DNA of 64,000 nucleotides from Anaerolineae bacterium (GCA_011174825.1 DUEZ01000065.1:4151-68150), one strand, 5' to 3'; counted from the first letter of the stretch, positions 1 to 9,691 are shown. Made by a program: numbers and translations. Notes: generated by a model not told the origin, from the sequence alone.

Positions 1-378
1 TTCGCTATCGGAGAGGCTCTGGGCCAGATCATCCATCCAACCCTGGCGGGCGTGGACACCTTCTTCAAGAATCCGGTGACCCTTATCGGTCAAGGCAATT
101 TGTTTAACACGTCGGTCATCTGGATCCTCCGTGCGCAGGATTAATTCCTGTTGAACCAAGCGCTCCAGCATTTGGCTGGCAGCGGCACTAGTCACACCCA
201 GATGATCACCTAGATCCGTAACGCCACAGCTCCCGATGTGATGGATATGGAACATAGCACCGATATTCGTCATCGAAAGTCCACTTTCTCGGGCATAGCG
301 GATGATGTTCCGCATCGAGTGACGCATGGAGACTTCTGTCCATTCTTTTAACGTGGCGACAAACGGATCGGCTTGCAT
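1..378 (-). CDS. MarR-family transcriptional regulator (C-terminus runs off the window edge)
   Basis: I translated the minus strand from the ATG at 376-378: MQADPFVATLKEWTEVSMRHSMRNIIRYARESGLSMTNIGAMFHIHHIGSCGVTDLGDHLGVTSAAASQMLERLVQQELILRTEDPDDRRVKQIALTDKGHRILEEG... This is the winged-HTH pattern (LxRxxDPxDRRxxxxxLTxKG) typical of MarR. It is absent from the ORF track because it is open at position 1. Confidence 0.75.
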   Translation of the reverse strand, partial: MQADPFVATLKEWTEVSMRHSMRNIIRYARESGLSMTNIGAMFHIHHIGSCGVTDLGDHLGVTSAAASQMLERLVQQELILRTEDPDDRRVKQIALTDKGHRILEEGVHARQGWMDDLAQSLSDSE

Positions 379-551
379 GCTTCACCTCTCTAAATAGTTA
401 AACGAGCTGAATTATAAAGACATCTTAGGTATATGTCAATGAATGAGTTGAAGATCGATGATCGAGGATCATAGAAGGTCGTATTTCGTGGTATAGGGTG
501 GTGATTGACGAACAATCCAGGGAATGTATTAAGAGGCGCTTTCCTTCAATC

Positions 552-716
552 TGTCATTGCGAGGAGTCGTTAGGCGACGAAGCAAACTTATCCTTGAAGA
601 GATCGCTTCGCTCTGGAGTCTGTCCTGAGCCATGTCCTGCCTGTCCCGAACCTGCCGAGGGGAGCTTGTCGAAGGGTTGTCGAAGGACCGCTCACAATGT
701 CAGGATGAGATCCTGC
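552..716. repeat. Composite of short intergenic hairpin repeat units (TGTCATTGCGAGG...CGACGAAGCAA unit, GTCCTGAGCC / GTCGAAGG units, GTCAGGATGAG unit)
   Basis: The unit at 552-592 is almost identical to the reverse complement of 9651-9691. The other units resemble elements at 37562-37659 and 53642-53670. Confidence 0.6.
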
Positions 717-783
717 AGGCGCTACACTACTCTGCTTGGGTACCACTTTTAAGAAAGCCCCTCTTACCAATTTTTCTCGCAGT

Positions 784-1222
784 TTACCTTTCTATTTGCA
801 GAGCCTTCATAAACCCATTGGGGAACGTCTCGGGATCCCCCCAGAAGACACACCTTGTAGGACAGACCGTGGTACACGCGGGAGCCTCCCCCCTGGCTCG
901 TTTTTCAATGCAGAGGTCGCACTTCACCGCCTTATAGATTTCATGGTTGAACTGCATGGCATCATACGGACAGGATTGAACGCAACTGGCTCCACACATG
1001 ATGCACCTGTTGCCCTCCTGCACGGTCATGTCTTCCGTAAATCCGGTTTGCACTTCATTAAAGGATTGAATTCGCGCACCAGGTTCCAAATGGGGCATTT
1101 GAACGCGAGCAGCAGGATCGAATGTCTCCTTCTGAACCTCTGTGATCGCCTTCAACACCTTATCTCGACTTAATCAAACAATCGAAGATCACGACCGGTG
1201 AGATATCGGTCAATGGATCCGC
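784..1222 (-). pseudogene. 3' fragment (about the last 140 codons, 2x[4Fe-4S] ferredoxin domain) of a paralog of the flavoprotein gene at 3734-5647
   Basis: The 124-aa ORF 784-1158 aligns residue for residue with the C-terminus of the 637-aa protein (..MPHLEPG.RIQSF.EVQTGFTEDMTVQEGNRCIMCGASCVQSCPYD.MQFNHEIYKAVKCDLC.EKRARGEAPACTTVCPTRC.FWGDPETFPNGF). Homology continues upstream (SIDRYLTGRDLRL) but is broken by a TAA and a frame change near 1160-1175. No N-terminal part is present. Confidence 0.6.
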
Positions 1223-1620
1223 TTGCGGGGAAGGAATAGCGAGTCGAACTTGAATTGCATCACAAGTGTATAAAGTATGGTAGTCTGTCAATAGAAAAGC
1301 CCAATCAGACGGATAAATCCAAATAGCTTCACTCCGTGGAGGAGTTATGATAGCCTTTCACCGCCGGCTACAACGCCTCCCGAATGTCATCCCGAGGAAG
1401 GGATGACCAGAGCGAGTTCATTCAGCTATGCCGTCCCTTAGTAACCGCTGTTGGCGACTCTCATCTGAACATATGGACCAGCTGCCAAACTGAGAACACA
1501 TACACATGCTACAGATTCATGCGAGCGTTTCGCTCTGGAATAACCCGGTTATGGCGAATCTGCTCCCCGAACCGCAACTGGACAAAGAATAGAAGCGAAA
1601 ACCGCAAGGAGAGATACACC

Positions 1621-3378
1621 ATGATCGATCGAAGGGGATTCCTACAACTTTTATCAACCCTGGGCATTTCGTCAGTGCTCTCGCAGGCCTGCTCACCGAG
1701 CCCCACCCTACTACCGACAAGCACGTCCCTCCCACCATCCACCACGCCCACTCGTACAGCGACACTATCACCAACACCGACAACCACTCCAGTTGAAGGT
1801 GAGATTACCCTTGAGATGATCGCCGCCGCGGAAAAGATATTTGGCATCGAATTGACTGACGAAGAAAGAAGAGAAATTTTGGAAAGGTTGTACGAGAACA
1901 TCGAACTCTATCAAACACTCAGAGATGAAAAACTAGACGATACCGTCATGTCTTCCATGGTCTTTAACCCCATCCCACCAGGAATGACGTTTTCAAACGA
2001 AAGACGACCCTTCCGCTACAGTGACGTGGACGTTGAAATACCGGAGCAGATCGAAGATGTCGCTTTTTATTCCGTCCTCCAACTGGCCAAACTGATCCGA
2101 ACCAGAAAGATTACCTCTACCGAGCTGACGGAAATGTACCTCGCAAGGTTGAGAAGGCTTGATCCCACCCTGGAATTCGTGGTCACGTTCACCGATGAAT
2201 TAGCCCGAGAACAGGCCCGGAGAGCGGATGAGGAAATCCAAGCCGGCAACTATCGTGGCCCGCTGCATGGGATCCCTTATGGAATCAAGGACCTATACTC
2301 GGTAAGAGGCTACCCGACAACCTGGGGAGCAGAGCCTTTCAGGGATCGAATCATCGATCGGGATGCATCTGTCGTTGAGAAGCTCGAGAAAGCCGGTGCT
2401 GTATTGCTGGCCAAACTAAGCACGGGTACGATGGCGACAGGAGATGACTGGTTTGGAGGGTTTACGAGAAATCCGTGGAATCCCGAATGGGGGGCTGGCG
2501 GATCTTCTGCTGGACCGGGATCTGCTACGGCGGCAGGCTGTGTCGGTTTTTCGATCGGTACGGAAACGAATGGATCCATGACCTCCCCCTGCGACGCCTG
2601 CGGAGTTTCGGGATTGAAGCCGACATTTGGAAGAGTGAGCCGATACGGGGTGATGACTGTGGCCTGGAGTTGGGACAAGGTGACCCCCATGTGTCGCACC
2701 GTGGAGGATTGTGCGGTGGTGTTCAATGCTATTTACGGCCCGGATGGAAGAGACAACACGATCATCGATCTGCCGTTCAACTGGGACCCAGATTTTGATA
2801 TTCGCCAATTACGAATCGGCTACCGCACCCAGTTCTTTGAAGGGGAGCTCATGGACGGAGACGTGGCATTCAGGAGGGGCGTAAGGGAAGAAAGTCTCAA
2901 AGTGCTGGATTTCTTCCGCAACCTCGGTATCGATCTGGTGCCACTGGACATCGATGTCAATCCGATGAGCGCAGTCGGATTCACTATGATGTGCGAAAAC
3001 GCAGCTGCAGCTGATGAAATGTTCCGCAGCGGTCAGGATGATCTGATCCAAGATCCTAGGTGGCCCAACTACTGGAGAGAACACCGTTTCGTTCCAGCCG
3101 TCGAATATGTGCAGGCAGCCCGATACAGAAGCTTGGTCATCCAAGAGATGAACCAAGTATTCGAAGATATCGATGTCTATATCGAGATCACCTGGACAAG
3201 CTGCTGGCTGACAAATACAACTGGCCATCCGGTTGTCGTCGTGCCGTGCGGATTCTTTAGCGGCAGACCTGTCAGCATCTCCTTCGTTAGTCGGCTGTTT
3301 GGGGAAGCAGAACTCTTAGCGGTTGCTAAGGCATTTCAAGACGGGACAGAGTACCACTTGAGACATCCGGAACTGTGA
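1621..3378 (+). CDS. Amidase-signature family amidase, predicted exported lipoprotein with Pro/Thr/Ser-rich linker
   Basis: The ORF 1384-3378 most plausibly starts at the ATG at 1621 (MIDRRGFLQLLSTLGISSVLSQAC, a twin-arginine-like signal plus lipobox Cys). A PT/S-rich linker follows. The amidase signature GGSSAGPGSATAAG and the GxKD..G motif (GIPYGIKDLY) are present. Confidence 0.85.
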   Translation: MIDRRGFLQLLSTLGISSVLSQACSPSPTLLPTSTSLPPSTTPTRTATLSPTPTTTPVEGEITLEMIAAAEKIFGIELTDEERREILERLYENIELYQTLRDEKLDDTVMSSMVFNPIPPGMTFSNERRPFRYSDVDVEIPEQIEDVAFYSVLQLAKLIRTRKITSTELTEMYLARLRRLDPTLEFVVTFTDELAREQARRADEEIQAGNYRGPLHGIPYGIKDLYSVRGYPTTWGAEPFRDRIIDRDASVVEKLEKAGAVLLAKLSTGTMATGDDWFGGFTRNPWNPEWGAGGSSAGPGSATAAGCVGFSIGTETNGSMTSPCDACGVSGLKPTFGRVSRYGVMTVAWSWDKVTPMCRTVEDCAVVFNAIYGPDGRDNTIIDLPFNWDPDFDIRQLRIGYRTQFFEGELMDGDVAFRRGVREESLKVLDFFRNLGIDLVPLDIDVNPMSAVGFTMMCENAAAADEMFRSGQDDLIQDPRWPNYWREHRFVPAVEYVQAARYRSLVIQEMNQVFEDIDVYIEITWTSCWLTNTTGHPVVVVPCGFFSGRPVSISFVSRLFGEAELLAVAKAFQDGTEYHLRHPEL

Positions 3379-3622
3379 GGAAGACGATGGAACACAGAAA
3401 CTACGCCCTTCCCTGAGTCCCTAGCCTCCGCTGAAGGGCTCCGTGCCTCCGGTGCGTTCGCGTCACTCGTCGCGGACAAGGAGAACACCCTCCGCACCCC
3501 GCAACCCTTGCGCGGCGCGCTTAACGCATATCAGCCGTACAGGCAATTATGAACCATACTTCGACATAGGTAACAGAACAGTCTCACAACATTGGCAACA
3601 CATGTTCTCTAGACATGGGGAA

Positions 3623-3738
3623 CACTTTACTTCAGAGGAGGTAGTACCCATGCCCTGGAAGGGAGATGTACATGAGGGGGTGTGGGCTACGCCCACACCC
3701 CCTCACACCGATCTCTCTCGCAATTAACTTTCTTTACA
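3623..3738. repeat. MITE-like nested-palindrome element, copy 1 (diverged)
   Basis: The core hairpin is ATGAGGGGGTGTGGGC-TAC-GCCCACACCCCCTCA. The ends CACTTTAC.. and ..CTTTCTTTACAG resemble the CACTGAAAAAG / CTTTTTCAGTG termini of the other copies. The right end overlaps the stop codon of the gene 3734-5647. Confidence 0.5.
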
Positions 3739-5647
3739 GGACCTTCTTAAAACCATTGGGAAAGGTCTCGGGATCCCCCCAAAAGATGCATCTTGTTGGG
3801 CAGACTGTGGTGCAAGCGGGTGCCTCCCCTCGGGCTCGTTTTTCAACGCACAGGTCGCACTTCACCGCCTTATAGATTTCATGGTTGAACTGCATGACAT
3901 CATATGGACAGGATTGAACGCAACTGGCCCCACACATGATGCACCTGTTGCCCTCCTGCACGGTCATGTCTTCCGTGAATCCAGTCTGCACTTCATCAAA
4001 GGATTGGATTCGCACGCCAGGCTCCAAATGAGGCATTTGAGCGCGAGCAGCACGATCGAATTGCTTCTTCTGAACCTTCGTGATCGCTTTCAAGAATTTG
4101 TCTCGCCCTAATCGTCCCAAGCGAAGATCACGTCCGCTGAGATACCGGTCGATGGACCTCGCCGCCTCCCTACCAGAACCGATGGCCTGTGCGATGGACT
4201 CTGGTCCATAAATCACATCCCCCCCTGCGAAGACACCCTCGAGCGACGTCGCCAAGGTCACAGGATCGACCTCAAGACCGCCATTTGAACTGATGGGAAT
4301 CCCCTGCTTCTTTGCAAACGAAAGATCCGCAACCTGACCGATGGCTACAACGACATTATCGACCTCAAGCGTTGTCAGATCCGTTTCATCATATTGAGGA
4401 TTGAACGTCCCGTCCTCATCGAAGACACGCGTGCAGCGCTTGAATTCAATTGCGGCCAATGTCCCATCCTGCAATAGGAATCGGTTGGGACCCAAGCAGT
4501 TGACGATCTCAACCCCCTCTTCGGTGGCCATCTGGATTTCGCTTTCCCAGGCCGGCATCTCCTCTCGGCATTCCAGGCACACCAGAGAGACCTCTTCCGC
4601 ACCCTTACGAAGCGCGGTCATGGCCACGTCCATGGCCACATTGCCACCCCCAACGACAATGACCCTTTTCCCAATGGATACTGAATTTCCGAGCGCCACG
4701 TCCCGCAGAAAATCGATCCCACGAAGCACACCCTCCATGTCCTCGTTTTCGACGTTCAAACGGACATTGTCATGGAGCCCTGTTGCTAAGAAGGTGGCTC
4801 GATACCCGTCCTGTTTCAGATCCTCGAAGGTGATATCACTGCCGAATGTCACCCCGGTTCGAATTTCTACCCCTAAGTCCTGAATGGCCTGAATTTCATC
4901 AGAAAGGATAACTTTCGGCAGGCGATACTCCGGAATGCCTACGGCCATCATGCCACCGGCAATAGGTAATTTTTCAAAGACAGTTACCTGGTATCCTTTT
5001 CTTGCCAGAAAATAAGCAGCTGTTAGGCCGGCTGGGCCTGACCCGATGATGGCTACTTTTTCTTCTCTCGCCTCTTCGACCTTCGGGATATATTGATCTT
5101 TACTGGAACGATCGTGATCAGCCACGAAACGTTCGATGGAACGAATGGCTACCGGTTCATCGATTTGATCGCGATTACAGTCAGCCTCACAGGGGTGAGG
5201 GCAAACCCTCCCGCAGATGGATGGGAAAGGGCTTGTTTCTTTAATGACCTGCATCGCCCTACCAAATTTCCCCTTGGCGGCAAGGCTCACAAATCCCTGG
5301 ACATTATTGTGAGCCGGGCAACCCACCATACAAGGAGACGTGTCCTGCTTTTCGGTTCCGGAAATGCCCGGCACGGCGAGGCAGCCGTTGCATAGCTCGT
5401 TATGATGTAAGACGATCCCTGTATCCGGATCGATGGTGATGGCGTCTTCCCAGCAGGCCACGACGCATGGGGCGTCCTCACAATGGTGGCAATACAGAGG
5501 TAGGAAAAACGGTGCCCTCTCAATGACCCTCACCAACCTTGGTCCAACACCCAGCCCATGCTCCTGTTTACAGGCTATTTCACATGCGTGGCAACCGCTG
5601 CAATTTACTTCATTGATCATTAAAGTTGTCTTTGTCATCTCAACCAT
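3734..5647 (-). CDS. Fused iron-sulfur flavoprotein: N-terminal 2x[4Fe-4S] ferredoxin, GltD/NfnB-like NAD(P)H:FAD oxidoreductase, C-terminal 2x[4Fe-4S] ferredoxin
   Basis: The 637-aa ORF has N-terminal CSGCHACEIAC...CHHCEDAPC clusters. It has the GltD-like cysteines (CPAHNNV, CGRVCPHPCEADC) and the dinucleotide folds GSGPAGLTAA and VVGGGNVAMD. The C-terminus carries CIMCGASCVQSCP...CDLC...CTTVCP. Its stop lies 3 nt from the start of the bisPGD gene. Confidence 0.85.
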   Translation of the reverse strand: MVEMTKTTLMINEVNCSGCHACEIACKQEHGLGVGPRLVRVIERAPFFLPLYCHHCEDAPCVVACWEDAITIDPDTGIVLHHNELCNGCLAVPGISGTEKQDTSPCMVGCPAHNNVQGFVSLAAKGKFGRAMQVIKETSPFPSICGRVCPHPCEADCNRDQIDEPVAIRSIERFVADHDRSSKDQYIPKVEEAREEKVAIIGSGPAGLTAAYFLARKGYQVTVFEKLPIAGGMMAVGIPEYRLPKVILSDEIQAIQDLGVEIRTGVTFGSDITFEDLKQDGYRATFLATGLHDNVRLNVENEDMEGVLRGIDFLRDVALGNSVSIGKRVIVVGGGNVAMDVAMTALRKGAEEVSLVCLECREEMPAWESEIQMATEEGVEIVNCLGPNRFLLQDGTLAAIEFKRCTRVFDEDGTFNPQYDETDLTTLEVDNVVVAIGQVADLSFAKKQGIPISSNGGLEVDPVTLATSLEGVFAGGDVIYGPESIAQAIGSGREAARSIDRYLSGRDLRLGRLGRDKFLKAITKVQKKQFDRAARAQMPHLEPGVRIQSFDEVQTGFTEDMTVQEGNRCIMCGASCVQSCPYDVMQFNHEIYKAVKCDLCVEKRARGEAPACTTVCPTRCIFWGDPETFPNGFKKVL

Positions 5648-5650
5648 CCC

Positions 5651-7741
5651 TTACTCATCTTCACAGCGCGAGATGTTGCACAACAGGACCCTCAGACTGG
5701 TTGACCCCATCACCGGATCCGTCGCCTCCGGGGAGTTATCCGTCAGGATGTTGATGTTGGATATGTCCCATCCATGATCCGGTGTTTTGATCTCCGGATA
5801 CCACCAGGCATGCTCGGCGGCGATCACGCGGGGATCGATGCCATCGTTCAGTTTCGCACGTTGTTTAATGCGACCCCGAGGCGATTCGATCCAGACCCAG
5901 TCTCCCTCTTGGATGCCGTGCTTCTTCGCCGTCTCGGGGTGGAGTTCCATAAGGGGATCGGGTCTGATCTCCCGGAGCCAAGGGATCTGCCTGTTCGCGG
6001 AGTGGAAGAACATGGCGTTCCTGAGCCCTGAGTTCAGGACGTAGGGGTACTTTTTAGCCAGTTCAGGTGTAGAAAAGGGGCTTTCCGTGATCTCTGTGTA
6101 CTTGGGTATGGGATCGCGACCCCATTTCTCAAGAATGGTGGAATAGATTTCCACTTTCCCCGTGGGGGTCTTGAAACCCTCTTCCTTGTATTTGTAATAT
6201 TTCTCTTCTCCGTGAAGATAACCTACCTTCTTGAACTCCTCCCAGGTCAGGCCAGACGGTTCTAACGTCCAATCGAGCGCATCCTCCACGGTGTCCCACC
6301 ACTGCTGACCAAACCGCTTGCCCAGCTCCATGAAGATCTTGTGATCCTGCCAGCACTCACCGATCTCGACGGCCTTTACTCTAGCAAGCACGTATCCGTG
6401 GAACTTCCAATTGTCCGCCACGTGATTCTGCTCTAACCAGGTACCAGAGGGAAGAAAGATGTGGGCCAACTCGGCGGTCGGCGTCAAGAAGAAATCGGCT
6501 ACTGCGAGAAAATCGAGACTGCTCAAAGCTTTGTAAACCTCCCTGGCATTGGCTCTCGTCATCACCGGGTTGGTCCCTACTAGTAATCCAGCTTTGACCG
6601 GATAGGGTACGCCAGTCAGGATGGCGTCCCAGACAGGCTTGGGCGTGCAGATGGTCATTCTGGCCGCAAGCTTGTATTGCTCCCCACCAAGACGTTTCTT
6701 CCACTGCTCGGGCGGCAGCTCTTTGTGAGCTGAGAATTCGGAGACCTTTCTGACCGGAGGCGGGACGTGTAAGGCATTCCCGCCGGGTGCGTCGAGGTTT
6801 CCAGTGACGGCCATCAGGCCGATCACAGATCGGGTGTAGTCGGTAGCGTTGAGGTTCTGCTCTGTCGTCACTCCCCAGTGGATACCAGCCGGCTTGGTAG
6901 TGGCATATAACCTGGCCGCCTTTCGAATAAGTTCTTGATCAACCCAAGTGATCTCTGCCACACGGTCGAGGGGGTAATCTTTCATGACCCTCTCAACAAA
7001 GGCATCCCAGCCATTAAGGTGATGCTCGACGAATTCCTTGTCATAGAGTTCTTCCTCAATAATCACGCGGTGGAAACCTATCGCCATGGCTGCATCGGCT
7101 CCTGGTCGTATCTGGAGCCAAATGTCCGCTTTCTCAGCATAGAAAGATCTTCGAGGATCGATGGTGATCAATTTGGCGCCTCGATCAAAGGCTTGCCAGA
7201 ATTTCATCCCCTTGTATTCGTCCGGGTTGGTCCACAGCGGATTGCATCCCCACATCACGATGCATTTGGGATCATTCTCATAGTCGCACGCTGGCAGACT
7301 CCCGCACGTGATCAGGGAGGCGCCTATCCGTGAGAGATAGCACATATGCCCCGCCGTTATGATGTTTGGTGTTCCCAGCAGGTTACCAAAGCGCGAGAAA
7401 TGGCTCTCATAATCCCGACCGGTCCCCTGACCGACAACGATACCTTCGGGACCATACTTCTCAATCACCTGATTAAATTTCTCGACGCAGGTATCCAGTG
7501 CCTCATCCCAGGAGATCCTCTCCCATTTACCATTGGATTTTTTCATCGGATACAGCACCCTGTCCGGATGATAGGCAAGTTGGGTAATGGACAGCCCTTT
7601 CGTACACATGGTGCCATGGCTGATCGGTGAGTCGGGATCACCTTCCACCTTGATGACCTGGCCATCTTTCACATGGGCGATGACACCACATCCGCCATGA
7701 CAACTTCGACAGACCGTTTTTACTTTCTTAACCTCTTCCAT
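5651..7741 (-). CDS. Cytoplasmic molybdopterin/tungstopterin (bis-PGD, DMSO-reductase superfamily) oxidoreductase, substrate unknown
   Basis: The 696-aa ORF has an N-terminal Cx2Cx3Cx26C 4Fe-4S motif (CRSCHGGCGV...MCTKG), as in formate/nitrate-reductase-type enzymes. It has no Tat signal. A GGGAGGAA RBS lies upstream. Confidence 0.85.
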   Translation of the reverse strand: MEEVKKVKTVCRSCHGGCGVIAHVKDGQVIKVEGDPDSPISHGTMCTKGLSITQLAYHPDRVLYPMKKSNGKWERISWDEALDTCVEKFNQVIEKYGPEGIVVGQGTGRDYESHFSRFGNLLGTPNIITAGHMCYLSRIGASLITCGSLPACDYENDPKCIVMWGCNPLWTNPDEYKGMKFWQAFDRGAKLITIDPRRSFYAEKADIWLQIRPGADAAMAIGFHRVIIEEELYDKEFVEHHLNGWDAFVERVMKDYPLDRVAEITWVDQELIRKAARLYATTKPAGIHWGVTTEQNLNATDYTRSVIGLMAVTGNLDAPGGNALHVPPPVRKVSEFSAHKELPPEQWKKRLGGEQYKLAARMTICTPKPVWDAILTGVPYPVKAGLLVGTNPVMTRANAREVYKALSSLDFLAVADFFLTPTAELAHIFLPSGTWLEQNHVADNWKFHGYVLARVKAVEIGECWQDHKIFMELGKRFGQQWWDTVEDALDWTLEPSGLTWEEFKKVGYLHGEEKYYKYKEEGFKTPTGKVEIYSTILEKWGRDPIPKYTEITESPFSTPELAKKYPYVLNSGLRNAMFFHSANRQIPWLREIRPDPLMELHPETAKKHGIQEGDWVWIESPRGRIKQRAKLNDGIDPRVIAAEHAWWYPEIKTPDHGWDISNINILTDNSPEATDPVMGSTSLRVLLCNISRCEDE

Positions 7742-7852
7742 CGATTCCTCCCGGGATTACTGATCTCAAACGCCAAGACTCGTGTGAATTTGTTGTGCAC
7801 CCGAAGAAGCAGCCAGCTAATCTAGTACGCTTTTGAAAATATCCAAGACCCG

Positions 7853-9439
7853 TTATTCCTGATATTTGGACCGGATCTCCCGTTTTAATATTTTTCCTTG
7901 AGGATTTTTCGGCAGATCGTCCACGAATTCAACTGTTTTAGGTGACTTGTACTTCGCGATGTGTTCCTTGCAAAAGTCGATGATGTCTTCCTCAGATGTC
8001 TGAGCATTTTCTTTAAGGACCACCAAAGCGTGGACACGCTCTATCCAATAGGGATCCGGGACACCGATGACGGCGACCTCTTTGACAGCAGGATGTCTAT
8101 AGAGGACATTCTCCACCTCGATGGGATAGACATTCTCCCCTCCCGAGATGATCATGTCCTTCTTTCTATCAGCGATGTAGATGTACCCCTTCTCGTCGTA
8201 ATACCCCAAATCCCCCGTATACAGCCATCCATCCCGAATCGTCTCTTTTGTCTCCTCGGGTCTGTGATAGTATCCTGTCATGATTCGTTTGCTCTGCACG
8301 ACGATCTCCCCGATCTTCCCCACCTCGACATCACGACCGTCATCGTCGACGATTCGCACATGGACCCCGACACATGGTCGCCCGCAGGATGCAAGCACAC
8401 TCTGTGCATCTGTGGATTCTTCTGGAAAGTGGTGGTTTTCTTTACTGAGAACTGTCACATCGGGACCAGATTCGGTAAGCCCGTAACCTTGGATAAACTT
8501 AGATCCAAAAACTGAAAGACCTTGCTTTAGAATTTCCGTCGGCATGGGAGATGCCGCATACCAGATTCTCTTAAGGCACTGATGATCATATTTGTCAATA
8601 TCGGGCAGGTTTATCAGTGAAACAAGTTGCGTCGGGACGATATGAATGTCCGTAATCTGCTCCTCCTGGATGGCCCTTAAAGCGTCCGCCAAATCGAAAG
8701 GAACGGGCATGATCACGTTGCATCCACCCTTCAGGAAAAAGGGCCAGATGTGGCTATCTCCGCCAATGTGGAACATCGGCAGAACGACGAGGTGCCGATT
8801 TCCAAATTCCACCCCGATATCCAGCGCCTTCATACATGTGTTTTCCATCTTCTGTCTATGTTTGTAGATGGCTCCACGCGGCATCCCGGTCGTACCGCTG
8901 GTATAGAAGATCGTCAGGGGATCCTCTTCCGTGACCCTGGTATCGGGTTCTTCTATCGGTTGGCCCTCCAACATTCCCTTATACGCCTTGATTTGCCCCT
9001 GCACATCACCAAAAGACAGGAAGTATTCTGTCTTAGGTAGCTGTTTCAAGATTCCATCGATCGTTTCGACCAATTCGGGTCCAAGAAACAGAACCCTTGG
9101 TTCGGAATCATTGATAACATGAACGAGCTCTTTCGCATGCAGGCGGGGATTGTAATGCGCGAGGACAAATCCCCCCTTCATCGCCGCTCCAAATACCTCG
9201 GGGTATTCAAGTTGGTTCCACGAAAGGATCCCGATGATGTCCCCCTTTTGAATCCCTAAGGCGTGAAGACCATGGATGAGTCTATTCACCCTCTCATTAA
9301 ATTGCTTAAAGCTTACCCTCTCAGATCCGTATACAAAGGCTTCACTATCTGGATGGAGGATGGCATTTCTGTAAATGATGTCGGCAAAGGTTCCTAAAGG
9401 GTAACGATTTAGTTCCCGCAACACATACCTCGTTGTCAT
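7853..9439 (-). CDS. AMP-forming acyl-CoA synthetase / class-I adenylate-forming enzyme
   Basis: It has the AMP-binding motifs YTSGTTGMPRGA, GYGLTE, YYTGDLGYYDEKGYIYIADRKKD and PKNPQGKILKRE. I prefer the ATG at 9439 because GGAGGTGA lies 5 nt upstream; the ORF track starts at 9460. Confidence 0.85.
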   Translation of the reverse strand: MTTRYVLRELNRYPLGTFADIIYRNAILHPDSEAFVYGSERVSFKQFNERVNRLIHGLHALGIQKGDIIGILSWNQLEYPEVFGAAMKGGFVLAHYNPRLHAKELVHVINDSEPRVLFLGPELVETIDGILKQLPKTEYFLSFGDVQGQIKAYKGMLEGQPIEEPDTRVTEEDPLTIFYTSGTTGMPRGAIYKHRQKMENTCMKALDIGVEFGNRHLVVLPMFHIGGDSHIWPFFLKGGCNVIMPVPFDLADALRAIQEEQITDIHIVPTQLVSLINLPDIDKYDHQCLKRIWYAASPMPTEILKQGLSVFGSKFIQGYGLTESGPDVTVLSKENHHFPEESTDAQSVLASCGRPCVGVHVRIVDDDGRDVEVGKIGEIVVQSKRIMTGYYHRPEETKETIRDGWLYTGDLGYYDEKGYIYIADRKKDMIISGGENVYPIEVENVLYRHPAVKEVAVIGVPDPYWIERVHALVVLKENAQTSEEDIIDFCKEHIAKYKSPKTVEFVDDLPKNPQGKILKREIRSKYQE

Positions 9440-9610
9440 AGGAATCACCTCCGAACCCACTCATACGCCCCCAGGAGCATAATCCGACGGATGGAGCTCA
9501 AATTTAAATCAATAGTAGACACAATGCTCTTCGGAGAAAAAGGTCATTCATGGGATTGTCTCAGAAGCGGTACTCAATCAGAGCAGTGTAGCGCCTGCAG
9601 CATCTCTTCC

Positions 9611-9691
9611 TGTCATTGCGAGCCCTGAAAGGGCGAAGCAATCTCCTCAATGATAAGTTTGCTTCGTCGCCTTACGGCTCATCGCAATGAC
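9611..9691. repeat. Hairpin repeat TGTCATTGCGAGCC..GAAGCAA / TTGCTTCG..GGCTCATCGCAATGACA
   Basis: Inverted-repeat arms are visible in the sequence. It belongs to the same family as 552-592. Confidence 0.65.

Noticed and set aside
498-1173. Plus-strand ORFs 498-752, 632-937 and 736-1173 upstream of the amidase
   Set aside because: They run through hairpin-repeat DNA and are antisense to the ferredoxin-domain fragment. Their translations are low-complexity or repeat-derived (..CPEPCPACPEPAEGSLSKG..), and none has an RBS or a recognisable domain.
3443-3875. ORFs 3443-3727 and 3666-3875 between the amidase and the flavoprotein gene
   Set aside because: They overlap a MITE-like repeat copy and the antisense strand of the flavoprotein gene 3' end. 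The Arg/Pro-rich translation is typical of non-coding GC-rich sequence.
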